DNA of 63,337 nt, the filler included, from Hyphochytrium catenoides (taxonomy: Eukaryota; Protista; Hyphochytriomycota), in NCBI GenBank assembly GCA_900088475.1. It is 10 parts of 10 records of this genome, joined end to end, with 100 filler letters (N's around TTAATTAATTAA, not from the genome) between each part and the next. Parts side by side here need not be neighbours in the genome. Positions count along the whole stretch, not along the records: positions 50,403 to 55,963 come from FLMG01004115.1; positions 56,064 to 59,622 come from FLMG01004266.1; positions 59,723 to 61,514 come from FLMG01003416.1; positions 61,615 to 63,337 come from FLMG01000973.1; 6 more parts are not named here. One strand, 5' to 3'. Shown here piece after piece: positions 51,580 to 62,849 of the stretch (position 1 is its first letter; each line of letters begins with the position of its first letter). The notes beneath the pieces are model-generated. The model did not search any database. It was not told where the DNA came from and saw only the letters and a list, made by a program, of their open reading frames with translations. The translations under genes and the position numbers were made by a program.

Positions 51580-52888
51580 TTGAGTTTACGCCCAAGTGTT
51601 CTTAATCGATGTTGGAAAATACACGCAGTAATATATATCTGGCCTGTCGATCGGGTTGACACTGGTTCCGCCAGCAGCATCCTTGAGATCTTGCCACTTA
51701 GAATTGCAAGTTACTGTTATGAAGTAGGTAGGCTTGCCGTACCGAGCAACGAGAGCGAGAGCATCCTACCTACTTCGGGCAACGAGATCCAAAACATGAA
51801 GAAGGCACGTATACCTTTTCCTCTCCAGTTGGCCCCTCTAAAGTTTCATCGTACTCTTGAGACCGGTTATACTTATCCCTAACTCCAGCTTTGGCTAAAT
51901 CGTAGGTAGTCAAGTCGAACGTCCTGGCGAGCACTAAAGCAGTCTAAGGTGAACCCAGAAGCCAGACGTCCGAGCTTCGCAAAAGTGTGGTTCTGTAAGC
52001 AATTTTGTGCACAGATTGCAGGACTCAGGCAAAGATAGTTTATGCGTGGTACAGATGTCTGCAGGGGAAGAAGGGAGATTTGGTTGCCAACCTCCGGTAC
52101 CATGAGGAAAGAGTAGCGGATATTGTAACGGTAGGTATAAAGGGTGTGTAGCGGGTATGTACTGAGGTGTAGAATCTGCAGCTGACCATATGGCAACCAG
52201 AGCGTCGTTGTGTTGGGAAATGGTTAAGCACGCAGAAGAGAAAAGTGCAAACATTTCTCCTTCTGGAGTTCCCATATCCTCCATATCAAGCTGCAGTTGC
52301 CGGGGTTGTTACTCTCCGTCCTCTTGTGCAGCAGTTGCTTCTGAGCGGAATTCCTTAGCGAGTGGATTGGTTTGAAGAAGAATATCCCTAATTGTGCAGA
52401 GGGTAGCGACGTTGATACTCGTACAGGATGCATCTGCGGTGTCGGTAATAAGCCAGCTTGCAGGAGGGTTCTGTCGTTGTCGGTGGTATATTCTTCCTCC
52501 GCCGAGTGTCAGGCAAGAAGGAGGAGGGAGATCTTCAAATTGTACACCCATGGCCGAGAAAGAAAGAAAGATGATTGTAGCGGCGGCTGTTCTTCTGTAC
52601 TGATAGATCATCATAGAGCTGTTGAAATGTTGCCGGCAAGGGGGGAAGCGCAGGTACGGTTACTTTTCCTTTGTTACAGCACCAGCCTTCCTCTTCTCCG
52701 TCAAACAGTTGTGCTCCGCAGTTTCCGCATGGCTGAGGGAGGCGTTCAATCTTCGCAGGGTACACGTTTTTGAGGTTTGCTAATTTTCTTTTGACAGCAG
52801 AGAAGCCGAATTCGGTAACCCGGCGCCTCTTCTGGGAGCGCCTGTAGGGCAGGTCCTCGCGGATCGGTGCAGTTACGTGCGCTTTCAT
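51580..52888 (-). mobile_element. Helitron RepHel remnant (N-terminal Zn motif to Rep motif 1), frameshifted
   Basis: PCGNCGAQLFDGEEEGWCCNKGKV, RRYNH...FSAMG, GRIYHR, TNPLAKEF, HPLYLPLQYPLLFPHGTGGW, GRLASGFTLD....RLDYLR, KVYVPSSCFGS, DALALVARYGKPTYFITVTCNSKW and DRPD, read across several frames. Confidence 0.9.
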
Positions 52889-53069
52889 TGAAGTTGGTTC
52901 AATTATAGTTATGAAAGGAAAGAGTTAAGCAAGACCTAAGCAACACACTTAGGTTTATTTTTTCGCCCTTTCGGCCGTCCCGGTCTTCGTTTCGGTTGTG
53001 TAGCAGAAGTTGTTGTGTCCTGGGACTGGGATTCCGTTTTTTTGGGGGAAAGCTTGGCAGGAGTAGTCT

Positions 53070-53402
53070 CAGGTTTCATTTTCTTCTTCCTACCTGATTG
53101 TGGGCTTAGGTTATCTGGGATGCTTCGTGCAGCAGTCGCCTTGGGAGAACTGTACTCAGGTAGTTCTCTCTTTCGTTTTTGTGGAGAATGGTCGTCTCTT
53201 TTATCCTTCCCAGATGTAAGAATTGACCGTGATGAAGCGGCAGTCCACTCTTGCCTGCCTTGGCTGTTAGAAAGAGACGGCCTGTCTCCACAAAAACGAA
53301 AGAGAGAACAGCCTCAGTACGGTTCTCCCAAGCCAACTTCAGCACAAAGCGTCCCAGAAAACGTAAGTCCACAATCAGGTAGGAAGAAGAAGATGAAACC
53401 TG
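53070..53402. repeat. Long imperfect inverted repeat (132-bp arms, 69-nt loop)
   Basis: 53070-53201 is the reverse complement of 53271-53402 with 17 substitutions by hand count and no indels. Confidence 0.9.
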
Positions 53403-53580
53403 CTGTCCACTCTTGCCTGCCTTGGCTGTTAGGAAGAGAAAGTAGTTGTGGTCAAGAGCTTCCTTGTTGAATCTCAATATGCACTCGTCCTCCCAGAGAG
53501 CGACTGTAATAGTCTTGGAGGAGTGCCGACTATTCTCCACGATATTGGTGGTCATTTGCTTGTTCTGTGGGGGGCAGAAG

Positions 53581-54303
53581 TTAGTAGTAGGAGCAATGGG
53601 AGAATGGTCGATGGACATACCTCCCAGAGAATATCATTGTGACGGTAGGTACTCCTATTAGTAGGTTAACCAGCCTAGGGTGCGTTAGGTCCAACAACAA
53701 AAGGTGTGCAAGGGTGTAAGTGCTCCCCAGCAGAACTTCAGGGCAGTGATGTGGAAGGCCGTAGTTTGCTACCGCAGAGGAAAAGAGGACTTCCACTGTG
53801 GTCGACTTGTTAAATTTCAGTTCATAGGCCCACGTAGTAGGGATGTAATCTTCTGTGTTGCAGTAGGGAGAATACTTCGTGGCAGTCGTTGCTCCTCTGA
53901 GGATGATAGCAGACCTTCGTATTTCGAAGTAGTAGTGGGATGTAAAGGTCCTAGGCAGTGTTGTACCGTACGTGATCAGGACTAGCTTACCTTTCCTGAG
54001 TTTGCCAATAGTGGGAAAGTAATTAGTCTTGCTGGTTTCAGTTAGTTTGGCTGTGTCCACGTTACTGTCCATCAGGTAGGCATGAATCCTGTGCCACTCG
54101 GACCTGCCCTGATGTGGACGCTGTATTCTCAGGACATAGGCAGCGATTGCAGCAGAAGAACCCTTGCACTCTCTGAATGTGAATCCCATCTTTTGGAGAT
54201 CAGCGTAGATTTCTAAAAATAATGGGAAGGAATATGAATAGCGGACATTGCAGTGTGGGAGAACTTCGTTTTGTAGTTGTTTTGTAAGAGACAGGGAAGT
54301 CAT
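53581..54303 (-). CDS. Uncharacterised 240-aa ORF upstream of and co-oriented with the Helitron remnant
   Basis: Stop-free ORF of normal, non-repetitive amino-acid composition; no recognised domain. Confidence 0.4.
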   Translation of the reverse strand: MTSLSLTKQLQNEVLPHCNVRYSYSFPLFLEIYADLQKMGFTFRECKGSSAAIAAYVLRIQRPHQGRSEWHRIHAYLMDSNVDTAKLTETSKTNYFPTIGKLRKGKLVLITYGTTLPRTFTSHYYFEIRRSAIILRGATTATKYSPYCNTEDYIPTTWAYELKFNKSTTVEVLFSSAVANYGLPHHCPEVLLGSTYTLAHLLLLDLTHPRLVNLLIGVPTVTMIFSGRYVHRPFSHCSYY

Positions 54304-54559
54304 CGATGAGCTCAGCAGGAGAAGTGTGAGAAAGCAGAGAAGGAAAGGGGTCGATCATGGGCATCGCAGGCGGTCTTGTCTTGTGAAGAAGAAGAAGGGG
54401 AGATATTGTTCTCCTTTCTCTTGTCGTTGGAGGGTGGTAGCGCCTTCTGATAGAGAAAGGAAAGGGGAAGGATGTTGTGCGGGGCCATGGTCTTGAAGGG
54501 AAGAACCTGTTCTTATGGTTTTGGGTAGGGCCTCCTCTTCCAGAAAGAAGGGAGGAAGG

Positions 54560-55235
54560 TGTTGATGATGGCTTTCTGTCTCTTCTCTTCTGTACTTCCC
54601 ACATCTCCTACTTCGACCTCTCCTCTCGCCCCTGCACTGTGTCTTCAAAACGGTAACTCTGAGATCTCCTTCTCCTCCTTCTTCTCCCACCCCTGCACTG
54701 GGTCGTTACTATTTCTCCCTCCTTCCGTGCTCTCAAATTGCCTAGTAGCTCATCTCGCGCTGTCTTCCTTCCTTTCTTTTCTGTGGTGGCACGCTTCTCT
54801 TCTCTTGTGTGGAGGCTCCCGGGGTGTCTTCCAGAGGGCTACTTTCGAGATCTCCTTCTTCTCCTCCTTCTTCCTCTCCCACCCCTGCACTCTGTCTTCG
54901 ACCCAGTGCTTATATTATCTTCGTCCTTCCCTTCTCTCAAATTGCCTAGTGGCTCATCTCGCTATGTCCCTTCCCTTCCATAAAATAGCTAGTACCATAT
55001 CTCGCTGTCTTCCTTCCTTCCCTTCTCTTCTGTAGCACGTTTCGCTTCTCTTCAGTAGTGGAAAGGCTCCCGAAGGCAGTACCTCTCGTAAGAGGTAGTT
55101 GCGACATCTAATTCTTCCTCCTCTTCTCTCGCCCTTGCATTCTGTCTTTGACCTTCCTTCTCTTCTCTTCTGTAGTTCTACGGCTGTAGAAAGGCTCTGC
55201 CTTACTTTCTGTGAGAAGCCTCTGCCTTACTTCCT
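54560..55235 (+). repeat. Patchwork repeat block B (direct orientation to block A)
   Basis: CCCCTGCAC-containing units at ~54603, 54661, 54848 and 55105; GGCTCTGCCTTACTT pair at ~55193-55232; GGCAGTA.CTCTCGTAA shared with 51464-51482. Confidence 0.75.
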
Positions 55236-56063
55236 CACAGACTAAACTACCTTCCTCCCGATTTATCTACAATCCCGCCGAAAAGAGCTCGCTTTCACGG
55301 TTCCCACTCTGCTAGATGCTGACACACCCGAAATGTATGCAACTTAACGAAAGGTCCTGCCATCGCGCCTTCTCTATTTTCGACTCTATTCTTCACAATA
55401 CCTTACATTTCACACTACTCTTATCCACGCTCGACCACCATTTTTCTCTACCTCAATTGCCCACCACTCTACTTCTTGCACGTCTTCTTCTCAAATTGTC
55501 CTTTTGACATATAGATAAATCAGTACATGCTTTATGTTAGAAGCATCAAGACAGACATTTTGTGATTAATTGTCAAGTCGTGACCCCAAAACAATAGAAA
55601 TGATATTCAGAGGCCGCGGCGGCTGGCGCCGAAAGAATAATAATGTCGTCGAAGGGAACGACATGAGCAGCTCGCTCCTCCTCATCAAAATACCAAGGTC
55701 ATCGTTAAAGCCGTGAACCAACACAGCATTGTGGTGACGACGGACGATTTACATACAGCTGTGGACTTTTGTTTTCCAACGATATCTGATCCACAGAGCT
55801 GTATGAGAAGCGCCATCCTTGCTAGCACAATAAGCAGGTAGATGAGATCAACGAGAGAATAGTCAACCGCCTTCCTGGACAACTATACGAAATAGAAGAA
55901 GCAGAAGACACCTTTACGGACGAGATATTCCAGCAGACGCTAGACCCGCCAAAGCATTAGTTCNNNNNNNNNNNNNNNNNNNNNNNNNNNNNNNNNNNNN
56001 NNNNNNNTTAATTAATTAANNNNNNNNNNNNNNNNNNNNNNNNNNNNNNNNNNNNNNNNNNNN

Positions 56064-56083
56064 GGAGAGAGAGGGGTGAAAAG

Positions 56084-56127
<44 letters not shown>

Positions 56128-56267
56128 GAGAAAGAGGGGATGAAAGAGGGGGGGCGAGAGAGGAGGGCGAGAGAGGAGGAAAGAGAGAGAGAAAGAGAGA
56201 AAGAGAGGAAAAGAGAGAGAGACAGAGAGAGAGAGAGTGAGCGAGTGGGAAAGAGACAGAGAGAGAA
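56064..56267 (+). repeat. (GA)n-rich tract at scaffold start
   Basis: Direct reading. Confidence 0.9.
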
Positions 56268-56958
56268 AAGCTATGATGAATGATGAGGATGAAGATCTAA
56301 AAGCCTGGTAAATACTCTACTCTAATAATAAGGCCACATGCCAGAGGGAATAAGAAGGAAGAGGTGACAAAGGGAAGAGATCTTAGAAGGAAGAAGAAGA
56401 TGCTTGAGGACCAAAAGGTGAGACGACCCACTGACAGGATCACATCTTTGTTATGATGATCCTTCAATCGTCCGACCTACACTGCTCAGCTGAATTCCTT
56501 TGCAGGCCCCATGGCAAGTGGCTCGGTAGAGAAATGAAAGCAGAAGAGGATATCCGCACTCCCCAACAGTCTCTTATCACTCTTACAAGAGCTCAAGCTC
56601 AGTAGAGTTGAGGGGAGAAGCAGCTGCTATCATGATAAGAGTCATAGAGCTCCTCCGCCTGCAATGTTTTCTTTCTGGGAGGAAAGAGCACGGACCGACG
56701 ACGATGCTAGACAGAGGAGGAAAAGCGCACAGCTCAGTAACGACGATGGATCTAGAGCGGTATTGACTATACATATGTATTTGGCACAGCAGTGCTTTCC
56801 TCTGGGCAGCGTCACTCCCCATTCAGAGCACTTATTCACTACAGTTCCCAAGTGGCTGCTTTGTCATTATAATGAAGCCGACGGTTGACAAGAATTGCAG
56901 GCTTAGCTGCAAAATAGAAAAAAGGGTCCTCGAGTCTATCGCTGACGGCCCAACCACC

Positions 56959-58981
56959 TCATAGAACGTTTGGATAGAGAATAACATCTTCTCGCTTGTT
57001 GGCTCCTTCTTTCTCCTGCTGCACGGGCGTCGTATTCCTGCTATAGCCGTCTGGAGTAGTACCCTCGCCTTCACAGGGCGGAGGACGGTCCGGCAGAATG
57101 AAGAAGAACCAATAAGAAAAGTAAAGCAGCGCACTTAGAGCACAGAAGTTAAGGTGCAGCCGTTCGAGCATCATACCTTGCTCTGCCTCTTGGACCTTCT
57201 TCACCTTGGGTTTGGCATCGTATGGCGGAGTTAGGATGTAGATCACGATACCCACTACGTTCAAGGCAAGAGCTATCCAATAGTAGCTGGTGATTGGCTG
57301 AGAGAGAGACAGAGTGTACGTTAGAAACAATTGCGCCTACGATCACCCCTCCATCTCACGGCTAAGGAAGTCCGAAGGTCCTAGGCACCCACCCTGCTGA
57401 AGAGCCAGTGACTAGCGATCACACCATAGACATCCGCAGTGTTAAGCGAGATGCCAAAACAGAGCGCTTCGCTGATCTTAAGGTAAACGGAGATCATGGC
57501 GTAGGAGACGAAGAGAGACAGAACGAAGCCAATATAGTAGCCAATAACGCTGCCAGTCCAGACAATGGAGGCCACTGAGTCCTGCTCGAACAGAGCCACC
57601 TGCGGGAAGTAAGACAGAGTACACGGTCACCAGTCCGTTACAGGGTTATAACAGCTTGACAGAATGACGATTATCACCTGAATTGCCGCGATTATGGCTG
57701 CAAAGGTGCTGAAGAGAGAGAGGAAGTCAATGTTGGCCTTGTACAGGCCAGGGCCCGTCACCAGATATTCCTAATGCGTTAAAACAGAGTTAGCAGCCGG
57801 CGCTACTCCTGAGTAGTAACAGACCACGGTCGACACACCTCTCCGACATTAGACAACGCGCCAAAAAAGGCGCCGAGGAGGACGAGGAGGTCACCCTTCC
57901 ATTTCGCGGGGAACTCCTTCTCTTCTTCCGGGACCTGCAGCTCGTCAGCATGCAATCTTCGTCTGCGGTCCATGTCAACAGCTCCATACTTCTTGGCAGA
58001 GACAATGATGCACGCCGCCCCTGCCACCGCAAACAGAGCTCCAACAAGGTGCATCCAGCGATATCTATCAGTGGCGAAAAATCCACCCAGGCACGTTAGT
58101 GTTCCTGTTCCTGGCACTGGCATCTGCATAGCAGTTCTTACCGGCGCTTGAGGATCAGAAAGCTTAAAATCATAACAAAGAGGATCTGCGTGTTGTCGAT
58201 GAGCATCACGCTTACAATATCCGTGTATTCGTAAGCCTTCACGAAGCAAAAGTTTGCTTCCACGTCCATAAAGGCCACGATGAGGTAGCAGCACCATCGC
58301 TTCTGCTCGTTGAAAAAGTTCGCCAGGGAAGAGGGACAGAGAAGGCGCAGCGGGCGAGAAATGGTAAGAGAAACAGTTGCCGAAAAGCTGTGTGGGAAGA
58401 GAAACAAAAAAAAAAAAGAGAGAGAGAGAGAGAGAAAAGAAATAGAAGATGAGAGCACAACGGGAGGGTGAAGAAGTACCTAGTGGCTGGCCTGAGACAG
58501 GAGGACGAGATAAAAGCAGCACAGAGATATGGAAAGGCTACCCATGGAAAGGCATATGAAGTTGAACGAGTTCTGCCCCGAGAAACCATAAAATATATAG
58601 ACAGAGAATGTGCCCCATCTTCAGGCTCTGACCTCGTACGTCGGTATGCCCCATCCTTCTTTATAGAACTTGAACGCTGTGAAGACCACCGCCAGCAGAA
58701 TATATGCAAACAGCACTTGGAAGGTGGGGGAAGAGGCGTTGTTCATCACCAGGTAGGTGCTAAAGACGCCATAGCAGGCCGAGATCACCGAAAGAACCTG
58801 AGCAGAGAAGACGCATCGGAACAGAGAGAAGAACATCGGCACAAGTGTTAGCCTTAGCGGGAACTGGCAGCTGCTTGGTGCTTGTCAGATAGCTGCTTGC
58901 GTTCCTCGTTACCTGCCCATAGCTCACGGCCACGAACTTAGGCCAGAAGCCGGGTCTGGCGGTCGCCTTGGTTTCCATCAT
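56959..58981 (-). CDS. SLC35F1/F2-like (DUF914) drug/metabolite-superfamily transporter
   Basis: Spliced GQ|VLS...SSPTFQ...YILL, YLIVAFMDVEANFCFVKAYEYTDIVSVMLID, LSFLILKRR|YRWMHLVG, GDLLVLLGA...SNVGE|EYLV, ISLNTADVYGV; hydrophobic TM pattern. Confidence 0.93.
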
Positions 58982-59409
58982 CTTCGCCCTCCAAAGGCGA
59001 AGTGAGAGATGAGAAAAAAAGACCTGCTTGACCGTTTGTTCTTCTTCTGTGTGTCTGTCTTCCTCGTGCTGAAAATGCCTCCAAACTTCAAGCAAGCAAA
59101 GCACTTTTGCGGTCTCTCTTTCTCTCTTTCTTTCTTTCTCCGTTGTAGATCTCTGAGCAGGAGAAGGCACGTCTGCAAGTGTGAAGACTATCGAATGGCG
59201 TCGGTCGAAGAGGCAAGATCTTCCAAAAGAGCAATTCTCTTTGAAAGGGCATTAAGGTCTCTCTTCTTAGTAGAGCGCAGAGGAAAGAGAGTAAACAGAG
59301 AGAGAAAAGAGAGTGGAAGAGCGACGCCAAGGAAAAAGAGAAAAAAGAGAGAGAAAAGTAGTGGAAAAGTGAGTGCATCCATCATCTCCAGTCACAAACA
59401 GATGTATCT

Positions 59410-59622
59410 CTTGTCTTTCTCTCTCTTGCTCGCTCTCTCCCTTGCTCTCTCTCTCTTCTCTCTCTTCTCTCTTTCTCTCTCTCTCTCTCTGTCTCTTCTC
59501 CTCTCTTCTCTCTTTCTCTCTCTCTCTCTCTCTTCTCCTCTCTTCTCTCTCTTTTCTCTCCTCTCTCTCTCTCTCTCTTCCTCTCTCTCTCTCTCTCCCT
59601 TTCTCTCACTCTCTCTCTCTCT
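59410..59622 (+). repeat. (CT)n-rich tract at scaffold end
   Basis: Direct reading. Confidence 0.9.
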
Positions 59623-59722
59623 NNNNNNNNNNNNNNNNNNNNNNNNNNNNNNNNNNNNNNNNNNNNTTAATTAATTAANNNNNNNNNNNNNNNNNNNNNN
59701 NNNNNNNNNNNNNNNNNNNNNN

Positions 59723-61514
59723 CAGCAGCAGCATCGACACAGGTTTTGGCAGAAAACGCGCAATCGCAGCATCGTGTCCTGTCATGGACGACGTCTTCGT
59801 GTACCGTTGAACTAGCATAAAGGTGTTCTGGCACAGGAAAACGTTTCGATGGCTGCCAAGCGCATTCATGATAAGGAGCTCCCTCAGCTCTGAAGCTCGA
59901 GCTGGCTGTCCACCTGTGAGGTGAATGAGGCTTATGAGCATCAATAAAAATTTCTCAACCTTTGCCATCCAGATCCCTAGCTCAATTGGATTCCACTGGT
60001 ACTCCTTCTCAGCTGTTGTGGAGTTGTTATCAACCTTTCGAAAAAGCCAGCGGTTTCCTTCAAGGGATTTATAGCTCTCCACTAGGTGTTTGCCCAGAGC
60101 AGACTCGGAAGCATCCCTGAACTCAGCATTATCCTTGTCCAATAGGAAAGAGAACCCCGGCTCCTCGTTCATAAAGTCATCCTTTAGTGTCAGAAGAAGG
60201 CTCTCGTCTGCAGGTCGATGACCGCGAAGGACATCTTGTTTCAGGACCTCTTCAGCATTCACCAGCAGGCGGCCGATAATTCGGCGGAGGTCATCTAGGG
60301 CCAAATGTTGCCCCTGTACATCGACAGCATTTTTCATTGTGTGTGGCACCCAGTCCATGTTCGGCTCCATGAACTCATCCTTCGCGAGTGTATCGGAAAG
60401 AACGAAGACCTCATGGACTTGAGAGTAAGGTGTCCTCTCTCCCTCACGACAGAAGTCAAAGACTTTGGCGTATTCTCTGCTCACCGATTTAGATAGGATA
60501 TGTTAGCCTTTGTGTCATTGTGGCAACGAACTAATGAGAGAGAAAAGCGTCGACGAAAGAGACACACCGTGCACGACTGACGAGAGGAGCACGAAGTGGG
60601 GGGAGGGGATGAAGCAAAAAAATAATGTGGATAGATAGGTTACTTACTGGTCCGCCCTCCGCATTCTGTATAGCGCCTCAAGCAGAACAGTGGTCCGGCA
60701 TACAAATTGCAGCTTTGCTGTGACTTGTTTGACCAGACTTGCCTTCAAAGGGGAACCTGAATTGCTCGTACAGATGAAGGAGAGCACTCGCGCGACCGGG
60801 CTGACATATCTCTCTTTCGCGCGAGCTTGCACGGAGATATGGTGACACCAAACAGCCACATTTAAACGATGCAAAAGACTGAATGCTTGACCATTCCTTG
60901 AGAAAACTCCGAGCAATCCCGGAGTATTAGAGATACGTGTAGTGCCTCCTCCGCCACTGCTTCGCGGCTGCTGGTGTTGTACGAGGTAGCCATGAACGGT
61001 CGTCTGGAGATGCCCAACAAGAGATGCACAAATTCTAAGGAGGTTTTCAGAGTTGTCCATCTTCCTCAAACCCCTGTACTCTGCACAGCAAATGCTCCTG
61101 ATAAGCACCACGAGAAATCTGCAGTACCACATTGAGTACTCTAGGTAACTCTTGGCTCTTTGAAGACCAGAGTAGGGCCTGCAGTTGAAGACAAAAAAGC
61201 AGGAGCTTATGTTATGAGACTTTTATAATAGGGCTGAGAACTACTTAATACGGAGCAATCTGATATCAGCACTTTTACCTTTTGGGGGAGGGAGGCATGA
61301 CAAGCAGCTTGTCAGTAAGGCTCATTGGTCGAACCTCGGACTTTGCCCGCCCAAGGTACAAGTAGATGAGCAGAGCCAAAGCTTGAATGGTTTCATCGTC
61401 CACAGTGACCGTTAGCTCTTCCCCATAGAGTTCCCTAGCAAGAAGAGCTTCTTCACCAAAACACAGGCTCTCGTCCTCAAGCGGTGCCTGGAATGCAGCG
61501 TTATCGGCAAAATC
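59723..61514 (-). mobile_element. Spliced, intact internal fragment of a fungal-type DUF3505/RecQ-associated tyrosine-recombinase-like gene (open at both scaffold ends)
   Basis: Exons 61514-61279, 61178-60648 and 60476-59723 join in frame via two phase-2 GT-AG introns. Motif FLLMLISLIHLTGGQPARASEL...RNVF......QRYTK.......IARFLP matches my recollection of fungal telomere-associated RecQ-linked proteins. Confidence 0.65.
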
Positions 61515-61909
61515 NNNNNNNNNNNNNNNNNNNNNNNNNNNNNNNNNNNNNNNNNNNNTTAATTAATTAANNNNNNNNNNNNNNNNNNNNNNNNNNNNNN
61601 NNNNNNNNNNNNNNAGAGAGAAAGAGAAAGAAGAGAGAGAGAAGAGAGAAGACAGAAAGAGCAGGTGCCACTGCTCGTCGCTTGCTCTTGCGATGGATGA
61701 AGGAGGAGAGAGAGTGACTCCTATCACTGCCATCCAGCGCACATCTCACTGCGAAGCTTGATGACCTTGAGCAGAGCGAGCACTGAGCCTGCGGAGCGAG
61801 TCTTATCTTGGGCCGAGCATGAGGCGGCGGCGATCAGAATCCCTCCTTCAGCATTGCATTCACACTGGTACCCTTTGTCCTCTTCGTCTCCCCAAACCCC
61901 CGTACCATT

Positions 61910-62120
61910 TTCTCTCTCCCTCTCTCTCCGTGGCCCCTTTTCTCTCTCTCTCTCTCTGTCTCTCTCTCTGTCTCTGTCTCTCTCTCTGTCTCTCTCTCTT
62001 TCTGTCTCTCTCTCTCTGTCTCTCTCTGTCTCTCTCTGTCTCTCTCTGTCTCTCTCTGTCTCTCTCTGTCTCTCTCGCTCTCTCTCGCTCTCTCTCGCTC
62101 TCTCTCGCTCTCTCTCTCGC
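61910..62120 (+). repeat. (CT)n with 10-nt higher-order units (TCTCTCTGTC)n then (TCTCTCGCTC)n
   Basis: Direct reading. Confidence 0.9.
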
Positions 62121-62817
62121 TTTCCCGCTCTGTCCCCTCTCTCTCGGCCTCTGTTTCTCCTTTCTCTCTCCATTCTTTCCTCCTACTCTGTCTATTGCCC
62201 TTTGATGTCTCTTCAGTCTCTCCGTCTATGTCTCTACTGCTCTTCTGTCTCTCTCTCTTGTCTGTCTCTCCCTCCTCTGTCTCTCTCTCCCTTTCCCGTT
62301 CTTATACCCCGTCCGACCACGAATCAGAACCTCTTCTATCCTCTTCCCCTCTCAGTGAGACGGTAACGGCAGAATCTACCGAGGATCATTATTAGCAATA
62401 AAGGCAATCCTAATACAAATAATGGGTGGTTGGCCTTTAGAAATATAGAATCTTACTGTCCCGATATTACCTACGGATAAAGTGAGAAAGTCCAGGGGGA
62501 GACTTGAAAGTTCCCGCGTTTTTGAGGTTGGTCTTCTGGCTTTGAATCCTCCACTGCCGCTTCACAATAATATCTCTCTCTCTTGTCTCTCTGGGCTCTG
62601 TCTCTCTGTCTCTTGCTCTCTTTCTCCCTCCTTTTCTCTTACTCTGTCTCCTTTTCTTTTCCTTCTGTCTCTCTGTTTCTCTTTCGCTCTCGGGGTCTGT
62701 GTGTGCTCTCTCTCCCTGTCTCCACCGCTTCTCTCTGCTCTTTCTCTTCCTGTCTTTCTTTTTGACTTTCGCTGTCCTCATCTACATCTACCGGTACATT
62801 ACTTCCCAGTGTGACTC

Positions 62818-62849
<32 letters not shown>

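Noticed and set aside
50818-55151. Repeated ~45-nt units as a CRISPR-like array
   Set aside because: Irregular spacing, degenerate copies, eukaryotic context and no cas genes.
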